Positions 1 through 7,317 of a stretch of 64,000 bases of DNA are shown here, in pieces (position 1 is the stretch's first letter; the number at the start of each line of letters is the position of its first letter). A program made the position numbers and the translations under genes. The stretch lies in NCBI GenBank assembly GCA_033762625.1, contig JANRLI010000016.1:77660-141659 (forward strand), read 5' to 3'. Origin of the DNA: Alphaproteobacteria bacterium (lineage in GTDB: Bacteria; Pseudomonadota; Alphaproteobacteria; UBA9219; RGZA01). The notes beneath the pieces are model-generated. The model made no database searches, had not been told where the DNA came from, and saw nothing but the letters and a program-made list of their open reading frames with translations.

Positions 1-938
1 GCAAAGACCCGCGCATCATCTGGAAAAACCATTCGCTGCTGAAAGATTTCGTGAGGATGGAACGCGTCAACCTTGTGCATGTGCGCTCGCGCGCCCCCGC
101 ATGGTCGGCTTATTTGGCAACGCGCCAATCCAACGTGCCCATGGTCACCACCATGCATTCCAGTTATGATACGCCATTTCCATGGGAAAAATTCTATAAC
201 TCCATCATGACCAAGGGGGAACGCACCATTACCCTTTCGCGCGCCATGGCCTCGTATGTGGAAAAAAATTACAATGTCCCGCCCGAACGCATCACCGTCA
301 TTCCGCGCGGCATCGATTTAAACACCTATAACCGCGATAATGTCAGCGAGGAACGCAAAGAAAAGCTTGCACAGCAAATATTGTTGCCTGAGGGCGTTCC
401 GTTCATTTTATTCCCTGGCCGTTTGATGAAAGCCAAAGGTCAGGAAATTGCGTTGCAGGCATTGGCAAAAATCCAGGAACCGTTTTTCTGCCTTATCGTC
501 GGGCCCGACCATGAACATGTCGGCTACCGCGAACATTTAAAAGCGATGAAGCAAAAACTGTTTTTGCAAGATAAAGTCACCTTCCTTGATCATGTGGATT
601 TGCCCGCTGCCTATATGCACGCGAATGTCGTCTTATGTCCTAGCCAGATTCCCGAAGCCTTCGGCCGCGTAGCAGCGGAAGCGCAAGCGATGGGCATGCC
701 GGTGATTGCCAGCAATCTGGGCGCGATGTCAGAAACCATTTTGGATGGCCAAACCGGATGGCTGGTCGAGCCGGGCAATGTCGATGAATTGGCGGACGCC
801 ATTCGCAATGCGTTGCAGCTTTCGCATTCCAACCGTCTGGCCATGGCGGAAAAAGCGATTATGCATGCCCGTGCCAATTTCAATATGGAACGCATGTGCG
901 CTACAACCCTTGCGGTTTACGCAGAATTGCTTAAATAA
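1..938 (+). CDS. Glycosyltransferase family 4 (GT4/GT1-fold), 5'-partial; reading frame is open to the window edge, GTG at 51 is only an internal codon
   Basis: N-domain motif HVRSRAPAWSAYLA...VTTMHS and C-domain EAFGRVAAEAQAMGMPVIASNLGAMSETI...GWLVEPGNVDELADAI typical of Glycos_transf_1; frame open from nt 3. Confidence 0.75.
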   Translation, partial: KDPRIIWKNHSLLKDFVRMERVNLVHVRSRAPAWSAYLATRQSNVPMVTTMHSSYDTPFPWEKFYNSIMTKGERTITLSRAMASYVEKNYNVPPERITVIPRGIDLNTYNRDNVSEERKEKLAQQILLPEGVPFILFPGRLMKAKGQEIALQALAKIQEPFFCLIVGPDHEHVGYREHLKAMKQKLFLQDKVTFLDHVDLPAAYMHANVVLCPSQIPEAFGRVAAEAQAMGMPVIASNLGAMSETILDGQTGWLVEPGNVDELADAIRNALQLSHSNRLAMAEKAIMHARANFNMERMCATTLAVYAELLK

Positions 939-1086
939 CCCTGCCCCTGCCCCACACGAAAAACCCTTTAAATAGGCGTTTTTTTGCCTTGAAACTAATT
1001 TTGCCGTTTCTCCTGCCCGCACAAAAACGGTAAAAAATGCGCCATATCACTACGCTATTTTTTAAGATTTTTTGTAAAGGTTCACC

Positions 1087-2532
1087 ATGGCCAAAGCTAT
1101 TCGACGTGACAGCAAGCCCGAGCGCACCGCTATCGTTTACACCCATTGCGTTGATGTCTTATCCGCCATGCGATTTGGCAAGGGCAGCAATACCACTCGC
1201 CTGAGCGATGCGGATATTAAAAAAACCGCGCGGCAGATTTCCCGCGCCTTTGGTCATTTTCTGGGCGATAAAGCACTAACGCGCGAAAGCGAAGTGTACC
1301 AGTTCCAGCGCAAATACGATGCATTCATTGCCGGCCTTGAAAAACGCGGCCTGAATTTTTCTCCCGAAAAAATTGTACGCATCGCAGTGCTTGCGCCAAA
1401 TCTCATCACCGGCGATCCGGAAACCACGCTTGGCAATCTATTTGGCACCCGCGACAAAAAAACCGGCTTGCGCATCAAAGGACTTATCGAACGCATTCGT
1501 GATAACGGCATCACCCTTACGAATGAAGATCTGGAACGTATTCTGGTGCGCGCGCCGCAATGGGCTTATTTAAGTCCCGATACCGTCATTGCCAAATTAT
1601 TTGGCGGTAAAGACCGTGATGGCCATACGCATATCGGCGTTTTTCCTGCACTGGAAACACAGTTTGGAAAAACCAAACTGACCGAACGGCAAAAACACGA
1701 TATGCTGGTGCGTAACCCGCAGCTTGCCTACCAAACGGGGATGATTACTAACCTCTTTGGTAAACGCAATGCCAAGGGCAGACGCACCCGGCTTGGCCTT
1801 TATGACAAGCTGGCAGCATTGGGCGCAAATCTGTCACCACAGGAAAAAGTCAAACTGCTTGCCGATTTTCCGCAGCTTGGCAGCCAGCGCCCCGAAAGCA
1901 GCATCAACCGTTTTCTTCTTAAACGTCACTTGAAATTTATCTCCGGCGTGCGCGCCCGCGCGCAAGCTCCCGTCAATGGTCAGGACATGACCAACGGCGT
2001 TGGCTATTATCTTTTCGGAATTGTTGCGTGCGAATTAATGGGAAATACCAGCAACACAATTGGCAGCGTCAATACCTATGAAGGAACGCGCAACGGTATT
2101 CTGCGCAGCTTTGGCTATCTCACTCGTGCGGGGCTTGATGCTGCGGTTGCAAAACATCTGGGGCTTGATGCAAAAACTGCAAAACGCATCCGGAATGCTG
2201 CCGCGAATGACAATCGTGAAGACAGTGTAAAAAGCAGATACGCCCTGTCTAACCGCCAACGAAACCGTCTTCTGGATGGCTTTGTACGCGCCGAGCGGCA
2301 GATCTGCGAATACAGCCGCGCCAATATCCAGCACCAATTACGTCACGGCGAAGATGCGATTTACGGCGAAGATAGACCCCATGCGGCAAAAATTATTTTT
2401 GGCGCCAGATTAGTCAACCTCGCGCAAAGCGGCGAAGACAGCGCGGCCGCACAAAAAGCGCGCGAGGAGCTGTATTACCGCATGCACATTATGATGAATA
2501 CGCGCCGCCAAACCGCGCTGAATAACGGCTAA
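1087..2532 (+). CDS. Hypothetical protein with mTERF-like repeats (repeated ...NLFG.R......L...P.LAY.. units); eukaryote-like domain, candidate effector
   Basis: Three or more ~35 aa units of form ITGDPETTLGNLFGTRD / ILVRAPQWAYLSPDTVIAKLFGG / MLVRNPQLAYQTGMITNLFGKR resembling mTERF motif L..LG.s..i..ll...P.lL; weak RBS aaagg 7 nt upstream. Confidence 0.4.
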   Translation: MAKAIRRDSKPERTAIVYTHCVDVLSAMRFGKGSNTTRLSDADIKKTARQISRAFGHFLGDKALTRESEVYQFQRKYDAFIAGLEKRGLNFSPEKIVRIAVLAPNLITGDPETTLGNLFGTRDKKTGLRIKGLIERIRDNGITLTNEDLERILVRAPQWAYLSPDTVIAKLFGGKDRDGHTHIGVFPALETQFGKTKLTERQKHDMLVRNPQLAYQTGMITNLFGKRNAKGRRTRLGLYDKLAALGANLSPQEKVKLLADFPQLGSQRPESSINRFLLKRHLKFISGVRARAQAPVNGQDMTNGVGYYLFGIVACELMGNTSNTIGSVNTYEGTRNGILRSFGYLTRAGLDAAVAKHLGLDAKTAKRIRNAAANDNREDSVKSRYALSNRQRNRLLDGFVRAERQICEYSRANIQHQLRHGEDAIYGEDRPHAAKIIFGARLVNLAQSGEDSAAAQKAREELYYRMHIMMNTRRQTALNNG

Positions 2533-2543
2533 AAAAACAACCA

Positions 2544-3128
2544 TCACGGTTTATATAAATCGGGATAGGTCAAACGCAGTTTTGCCAGCTTTGGCAGATC
2601 ATGCATGATGATGTAAGGGCTCGTCATGTTCCGCGGCAGATAATTCTGATGATAGTCTTCTGCCGGATAAAACGCCTTTAACGATTCAACCTTCGTCACA
2701 ATCTTATCCGAATATCGCTTTGCTTTTGTCAGCTCGGCAATTTTATCCTTCACGGCCTTTTCCTGTTCGGGATTGCTGGTAAATACCTGTGACCGATATT
2801 GCGTGCCACGATCTGGCCCTTGGAAATTCAATTGCGTCGGGTCATGCGCCACATTGAAATACACATCCAGCAATTGGTTTAACGATACCACCTTGGGGTC
2901 ATAGGTAATTTCAACGCTTTCGGCGTGCCCTGTATTCCCATCACTGACCTGTTCATAATTCGCTGTCTCCGCGCTACCGCCCGCATAACCAGATACTGCT
3001 TTGGAAACGCCCTTCACATGTTCAAATACAGCTTCCACACCCCAGAAACAGCCACCCGCCACGACAAGTGTTTCGGCATGCGCTGGCACAGCGAGTAACA
3101 GCGAAAAAATCAATAAAAGTTTTTTCAT
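2544..3128 (-). CDS. msrA: Peptide methionine-S-sulfoxide reductase MsrA, Sec signal peptide (periplasmic copy)
   Basis: MKKLLLIFSLLLAVPAHA signal peptide followed by GGCFWGVEA active-site motif, EDYHQNY C-terminal motif. Confidence 0.85.
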   Translation of the reverse strand: MKKLLLIFSLLLAVPAHAETLVVAGGCFWGVEAVFEHVKGVSKAVSGYAGGSAETANYEQVSDGNTGHAESVEITYDPKVVSLNQLLDVYFNVAHDPTQLNFQGPDRGTQYRSQVFTSNPEQEKAVKDKIAELTKAKRYSDKIVTKVESLKAFYPAEDYHQNYLPRNMTSPYIIMHDLPKLAKLRLTYPDLYKP

Positions 3129-3129
3129 A

Positions 3130-3609
3130 TTATGCCTGTTTGCTGCTGGGTTTGAAGGTCAGCACCGCGCCATTGCTGCAATAGCGTAATCCCGTCGGCT
3201 TTGGCCCGTCATCAAACACATGGCCATGGTGTCCGCCGCAGCGCGCACAATGATATTCGGTGCGTTTCATGAACATGGAGTTGTCTTGCTTTGTTGCAAT
3301 ATGACGTTCTATGGCAAAATAAAAACTGGGCCAGCCCGTGCCGCTATCGAACTTGGTATTCGATTCAAACAGCGGGTAATCACAACCAACGCAGTGAAAT
3401 GTTCCTTCGCGGTGTTCATCCACCAACTTGCTGGTAAAGGGCGCTTCCGTGCCTTCTTCGCGCAAAATGTGGAATTGCTCGGGCGTCAGAATTTTTTTCC
3501 ATTCATCCTTTGTCTTGGTCACCTCAAACGCATCCCCCGCCAGCAGTTTACCTGAACCTAAAAGCCCGATTGCAATCACGCTGCCCACCAAAAATTCCCG
3601 TCGTTTCAT
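3130..3609 (-). CDS. msrB: Peptide methionine-R-sulfoxide reductase MsrB with twin-arginine (Tat) signal peptide (periplasmic copy)
   Basis: N-terminus MKRREFLVGSVIAIGLLGSG (RRxFL Tat motif); HCVGC / [16 protein letters not shown] zinc and catalytic motifs of SelR/MsrB; 1 nt gap to msrA downstream. Confidence 0.85.
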   Translation of the reverse strand: MKRREFLVGSVIAIGLLGSGKLLAGDAFEVTKTKDEWKKILTPEQFHILREEGTEAPFTSKLVDEHREGTFHCVGCDYPLFESNTKFDSGTGWPSFYFAIERHIATKQDNSMFMKRTEYHCARCGGHHGHVFDDGPKPTGLRYCSNGAVLTFKPSSKQA

Positions 3610-3610
3610 A

Positions 3611-4114
3611 TTAGCTTACCTTCCAGTTTGGCCTGATATAATGGCACGTATAACCATTGGGGTGCTGCATCAGATAATCCTGATGGTAATCCTCAGCTAC
3701 ATAAAACTTCGTTGCGGCGGTAACTTCGGTTACAATCAGCCCCGGAAATTTCTGCGATGCGTTAAGTTCGTTGATCAACTGGCTCGCGGTTTTGCGTTGT
3801 TCCTCGCTCACATAAAAAATCGCAGAACGATAGGACGGGCCCACATCATTACCCTGACGGTTTTTGGTGGTGGGGTCATGAATTTGAAAAAAGAATTCCA
3901 GAATTTTGCGGTATGAAATCACATCGCTGTCAAAGGTAATTTCAATGGCTTCCGCATGGCCGGTGTTTTTCGATGTCACATCCTTATATGTCGGGTTTTC
4001 AAATGTGCCGCCGGTATATCCGACATCGGTATTGGTCACGCCCGGAAGCTTGCGGATTAAATCTTCCATGCCCCAGAAACAACCGCCTGCCAAAATTGCA
4101 CGTTCAACCGCCAT
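3611..4114 (-). CDS. msrA: Peptide methionine-S-sulfoxide reductase MsrA, cytoplasmic copy (start moved to internal ATG at 4114 after AGGAG RBS)
   Basis: [19 protein letters not shown]... GCFWG motif directly after start; ORF-track start at 4207 lacks RBS, internal ATG has aggag 8 nt upstream. Confidence 0.85.
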   Translation of the reverse strand: MAVERAILAGGCFWGMEDLIRKLPGVTNTDVGYTGGTFENPTYKDVTSKNTGHAEAIEITFDSDVISYRKILEFFFQIHDPTTKNRQGNDVGPSYRSAIFYVSEEQRKTASQLINELNASQKFPGLIVTEVTAATKFYVAEDYHQDYLMQHPNGYTCHYIRPNWKVS

Positions 4115-4122
4115 ATCCACTC

Positions 4123-4614
4123 CTAAAACAATTGTGCATATTCGCCGTATCCTTCTTTTTCCAAATCTTCCTTTGGAATGAACCGCAGCGAAGCTGAATT
4201 GATGCAATACCGAAGACCGGTCCCCACACTTTCCGCCCGAGCGGTTGCGCCATCTGGCGCAGAGCGAATGGCGCCTATGGGCCCGTCATCAAAGACATGG
4301 CCTAAATGGCTGTCGCCGTGACGCGAACGCACTTCAACGCGCACCATGCCATGGCTGGCATCGCGTTTTTCAACAATGTGCTGTTCGTTCAATGGCCGTG
4401 TAAAACTGGGCCAGCCCGTGCCGCTATCAAATTTATCGGTTGAAGAAAATAACGGTTCACCCGAAACCACATCCACATAAATCCCGGCGCGCTTTTCATT
4501 CCAGAACGCATTGCGAAAGGGGGGTTCGGTTCCGCAGGCCTGCGTGACATAGCGCTGGAGTTCATCCAACTTGGCCAGATTGGCAGGGTTCTTGGTGTAG
4601 GATTTTGGGCTCAT
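4123..4614 (-). CDS. msrB: Peptide methionine-R-sulfoxide reductase MsrB, cytoplasmic copy; first gene of msrB-msrA-msrB-msrA operon
   Basis: CGTEPPF...SGTGWPSF...[15 protein letters not shown] MsrB motifs; no signal peptide. Confidence 0.85.
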   Translation of the reverse strand: MSPKSYTKNPANLAKLDELQRYVTQACGTEPPFRNAFWNEKRAGIYVDVVSGEPLFSSTDKFDSGTGWPSFTRPLNEQHIVEKRDASHGMVRVEVRSRHGDSHLGHVFDDGPIGAIRSAPDGATARAESVGTGLRYCINSASLRFIPKEDLEKEGYGEYAQLF

Positions 4615-4683
4615 GGCGCACTCTATTACGTTAAAATAACAGATGAATTAATATATAAGTCTGATAGGCTATTTATCAATTCA

Positions 4684-4709
4684 TTCGACGATAAAGGCCA
4701 AATGGTTAC
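4684..4709 (-). promoter_or_regulatory. ECF sigma-F-type promoter GTAACC-N16-CGAA reading on minus strand, 70 nt upstream of msrB start; overlaps the divergent sigF start codon
   Basis: Minus-strand read gtaacc-atttggcctttatcgt-cgaa; same motif and 16 nt spacing as three other sites in this island; matches published Caulobacter sigma-F motif as recalled. Confidence 0.6.
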
Positions 4710-5271
4710 CGAACTAAATAAATATGGCGAATTTGCCGAGTTGCTACGCCGTGCGAATGACGGTGACAAGGCCTGCTACCAACGCTTTCTTGAAGGGATT
4801 GCGCCATTATTGCGCCGCCAGATTGCCGCGCGCATTCCCGTTGCAGATGTGGAAGATGTATTGCAAGAGGTACTGATTTCAGTGCACAAAGCCCGCCATA
4901 CCTATGACGGGGAACGCCCGATTATGCCTTGGCTGGCTTCCATCACCCAGTTCCGGATGATTGATTATTTACGCAAACACTATATCGCCATGCGCCACCA
5001 AACCACCGATATAACGGAGGTAGAGGATATTCTGGCAGATGTAACCCAGACCCCCGCTTCGTCCGAATCCATAGATGAGCTATTGATTGACGTGCCCGAA
5101 AAGCAGAAACGAATTTTAACCCTGATGCATGTGGAAGGGTTTACGGCAAAGCAAGTTGGGCAAAAACTTAACATGTCTGAAACGGCTGTAAAAGTTGCCG
5201 CCCATCGCGCCATGAAGAAAATACGCATCCAAAAGATGCGCACTGAACAACGAAAAGTACAATCGCAATGA
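4702..5271 (+). CDS. sigF: ECF (group sigma-70 region2/region4) RNA polymerase sigma factor, SigF-like
   Basis: Region 2 (VLQEVLISVHKARHTYDGERPIMPWLASITQFRMIDYLRK) and region 4 HTH (LTLMHVEGFTAKQVGQKLNMSETAVKVAAHRAMKKIR); 4 nt overlap with downstream anti-sigma gene. Confidence 0.8.
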   Translation: MVTELNKYGEFAELLRRANDGDKACYQRFLEGIAPLLRRQIAARIPVADVEDVLQEVLISVHKARHTYDGERPIMPWLASITQFRMIDYLRKHYIAMRHQTTDITEVEDILADVTQTPASSESIDELLIDVPEKQKRILTLMHVEGFTAKQVGQKLNMSETAVKVAAHRAMKKIRIQKMRTEQRKVQSQ

Positions 5272-5927
5272 CCGGTAAAACTGACACAACCCTTAACCTT
5301 ATTGCTCAGCTCAGCGCGGCTGCCCCTGCACATAAGCGCGCCGTCAAACCGCGCCGCCTCGCCCTATACCTATTGGCAGTTTTTACGGTCTATGCGCTAG
5401 GCGCGCAGGCCATCACGGGTCTGCGCCCTGATGTGACGGCAAAGTTAACCGATATTTGGTTTTTGGCTGAAATCACCAGCCTGCTGTGCCTTGCCTTGGC
5501 TTCGGCAGCTGCGGGCATTATGCTCATGGCGCCCGATGCATTTCAAAAACCCACGCTGCTCAAACTGCCTTATATCGTATTTGCTGTAATTATGGGGTTG
5601 ATTATATCCCAATACACCATGGCAATTGATATCACGCATCCGGTGGTTGGTATCGAAACCCAAGGGCTTGAGTGCGCGCTATGCCTTGCCGGTCTTTCCG
5701 CTATTCCATCAGCACTTATGTTTGCTGTGATAAAACACGGCGCTACGGTTCATCCCTTTCAAGCGGGTGCGTTTTCAGTCTTTACCGCTGCGGGTATTGG
5801 CTGCCTTACCCTGCGCCTTGCCGAGCAAACCGATAACATGATGCATCTTGCGCTTTGGCATTATTTGCCGACATTGCTTTTTGCCATGCTGGGCGCATTC
5901 ATCGGCAAACTTGTCTTGAAATGGTAA
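5268..5927 (+). CDS. nrsF: Membrane anti-sigma factor, NrsF/DUF1109 family (negative regulator of sigma F), about 6 TM helices with loop cysteines
   Basis: ATGA start/stop overlap with ECF sigma gene; 219 aa polytopic membrane protein with several hydrophobic spans and Cys in loops, the size and architecture of Caulobacter NrsF. Confidence 0.6.
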   Translation: MTGKTDTTLNLIAQLSAAAPAHKRAVKPRRLALYLLAVFTVYALGAQAITGLRPDVTAKLTDIWFLAEITSLLCLALASAAAGIMLMAPDAFQKPTLLKLPYIVFAVIMGLIISQYTMAIDITHPVVGIETQGLECALCLAGLSAIPSALMFAVIKHGATVHPFQAGAFSVFTAAGIGCLTLRLAEQTDNMMHLALWHYLPTLLFAMLGAFIGKLVLKW

Positions 5928-5929
5928 TA

Positions 5930-5960
5930 AAAAAAGGGAGAGGCATTGCCTCTCCCTTTT
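5930..5960. terminator. Bidirectional rho-independent terminator between convergent nrsF and bufA1-like gene
   Basis: aaaaaaa-GGGAGAGGC-att-GCCTCTCCC-tttt: perfect 9 bp stem, A-run on one side and T-run on the other. Confidence 0.75.
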
Positions 5961-5980
5961 CACACGATATGACTTACTGC

Positions 5981-6238
5981 TTATTCTTTGGAAGCGCCAG
6001 CAATTTTATCGCACGCACCCTTTGGAAGATAAATCCACACATTCGGGTCAGCATCTTTTTTGGCTGAACCAGCGCAGCTATTTTTACCATCCTTCGATGC
6101 GCAATCATTCTTTCCGGCCTTAGCCACCCCATAGCATTTTTCGCGTTCAGGGGATTTACCGCCCATCTCTTCGGCATGGGACAGGTTTGCAGCCATCAAT
6201 CCGGCAAGGACAGCAGCAGCGACAAGGGTCTTTTTCAT
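5981..6238 (-). CDS. DUF2282-family (BufA1-type bufferin) secreted Cys-containing RiPP precursor; no maturase genes adjacent
   Basis: Signal peptide MKKTLVAAAVLAGLMAANLSHA then EKCYGVAKAGKNDCAS...NSCAGS...WIYLPKGACDKIAG, the DUF2282 signature with 4 Cys. Confidence 0.7.
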   Translation of the reverse strand: MKKTLVAAAVLAGLMAANLSHAEEMGGKSPEREKCYGVAKAGKNDCASKDGKNSCAGSAKKDADPNVWIYLPKGACDKIAGASKE

Positions 6239-6319
6239 GATTTACTCCATAAGGTTAGGCAATAGATGGTAAGGCGGGAAGCCCGAGGATAGCCCAAAAA
6301 ACTGGGCTTTGCTCACTCA

Positions 6320-6345
6320 TTCGCAACCTAATGCACTTTGGTTAC
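6320..6345 (-). promoter_or_regulatory. Sigma-F-type promoter GTAACC-N16-CGAA on minus strand, ~80 nt upstream of DUF2282 gene
   Basis: Minus-strand read gtaacc-aaagtgcattaggttg-cgaa. Confidence 0.6.
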
Positions 6346-6385
6346 ATATGGAACAATTTAATAACCGGGGACTCATTTCCTACTT

Positions 6386-6411
6386 GTAACCACTTTTCAA
6401 ATGGCTGCGAA
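6386..6411 (+). promoter_or_regulatory. Sigma-F-type promoter GTAACC-N16-CGAA, 70 nt upstream of the 104 aa Cys/His-rich peptide gene
   Basis: gtaacc-acttttcaaatggctg-cgaa on plus strand. Confidence 0.6.
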
Positions 6412-6481
6412 TAAGGTGATATGGCGTCTCAATGCCACACCACCTGTGGCATGATTTAACATTCCATCCGGAGAAACCCTT

Positions 6482-6796
6482 ATGAAGACTTCAAAAAAAC
6501 TTGCTGCTGCTGCGCTTGCTGGCGCAATGGCCGTTATGACCACTGCTGCATTTGCTGGTGATGATTTCCCATCCTTGTACCCACAAGGCTACAAAGGAAA
6601 TGGCTCTTCCTACTCGGCAGAAAAAGCTTCCTGCAAAGGCGCTGGTTCATGCAAGAGCGGTGCAGGTTGCAACGCAGAAAAATCATGCGCAGCTGCAAAG
6701 CCAAAGCATCACAAGTCACACAAGAAAGCAGCTCCTGCCGCAGCACCTGCGCCAGCAGCAGCGATGAAGCCAGCTGAAAAGCCAGCCAAGCACTAA
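6482..6796 (+). CDS. Secreted Cys-rich peptide (4 Cys in SCKGAGSCKSGAGCNAEKSC) with His/Lys-rich and Ala/Pro-rich C-terminal tail; 6Cys-bufferin-like variant, stand-alone
   Basis: Signal peptide MKTSKKLAAAALAGAMAVMTTAAFA; CKG..SCK..GC spacing like BUF_6Cys half-repeat; tail KPKHHKSHKKAAPAAAPAPAAAMKPAEKPAKH; own promoter and own terminator. Confidence 0.55.
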   Translation: MKTSKKLAAAALAGAMAVMTTAAFAGDDFPSLYPQGYKGNGSSYSAEKASCKGAGSCKSGAGCNAEKSCAAAKPKHHKSHKKAAPAAAPAPAAAMKPAEKPAKH

Positions 6797-6829
6797 TTCG
6801 ATACGTCTTAGGCTTGTTAACAATTGAAA

Positions 6830-6859
6830 GTGGAGGCAGCAATGCCTCCACTTTTTTTT
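6830..6859 (+). terminator. Rho-independent terminator after 104 aa peptide gene
   Basis: GTGGAGGCAGC-aa-TGCCTCCAC followed by tttttttt. Confidence 0.75.
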
Positions 6860-6873
6860 ATGATAAATGGCAT

Positions 6874-6899
6874 GTAACCATCCATTGCAACACTGCGAA
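6874..6899 (+). promoter_or_regulatory. Sigma-F-type promoter GTAACC-N16-CGAA, 64 nt upstream of 6-Cys precursor gene
   Basis: gtaacc-atccattgcaacactg-cgaa on plus strand. Confidence 0.6.
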
Positions 6900-6963
6900 T
6901 ACACAGACATGCCACGCGGATTATCTTGCATGCGCATTCAACACTTAACATCTGGAGAATATA

Positions 6964-7221
6964 ATGTCTGGTCATTCAAAGAAACTTGCTGTCGCTGCAC
7001 TTGCCGGCCTTCTCACCATGGGCTTTTCAGTCGCCCCAGGCCAAGCGCACGCAACCACTGACAATGCGGCAGCGTCAGATACCCAAATCGAAAAGCATGC
7101 CTGCAAGGGACAAAATTCCTGCAAAGGCAATGGCGGCTGCAAAACCGAACGTAACGCCTGCAAGGGACAAAATGCCTGCAAGGGACTTGGCGGCTGCGCT
7201 ACCGACGGCAGCAAGAAATAA
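6964..7221 (+). CDS. BUF_6Cys-type (BufA2-like) bufferin precursor peptide, signal peptide plus two CKGQN.CKG.GGC repeats
   Basis: MSGHSKKLAVAALAGLLTMGFSVAPGQAHA then ACKGQNSCKGNGGCKTERNACKGQNACKGLGGCATDG (6 Cys); RBS ggagaa upstream. Confidence 0.7.
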   Translation: MSGHSKKLAVAALAGLLTMGFSVAPGQAHATTDNAAASDTQIEKHACKGQNSCKGNGGCKTERNACKGQNACKGLGGCATDGSKK

Positions 7222-7275
7222 TAATTCGATCTAGGTGACCCATTCATCCGCATAATACATGATGAAGGGCACAAA

Positions 7276-7304
7276 CCGGCGGTGGCAACGCCGCCGGTTT
7301 TTTT
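7276..7304 (+). terminator. Intra-operon hairpin/attenuator between precursor gene and maturase gene
   Basis: CCGGCGG-tggcaac-GCCGCCGG followed by ttttttt, then maturase ATG at 7318. Confidence 0.6.
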
Positions 7305-7317
7305 ATATGGTAGCGGC

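Noticed and set aside
611-1146. Overlapping short ORFs on both strands within and after the glycosyltransferase gene
   Set aside because: Antisense or alternate-frame ORFs inside a well-conserved GT4 coding region. The 931-1146 minus ORF covers the intergenic promoter region of the next gene.
4615-4701. Possible autoregulatory sigma-F promoter upstream of sigF on the plus strand
   Set aside because: No GTAACC-N16-CGAA or close variant in the plus orientation. The only motif in this intergenic region reads on the minus strand toward msrB.
5855-6177. ORFs 5855-6067 (+), 5974-6177 (-), 5775-5963 (-) overlapping the nrsF 3' end, the terminator and the DUF2282 gene
   Set aside because: They span a strong bidirectional terminator or are antisense or out of frame to the conserved DUF2282 peptide. 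No independent support.
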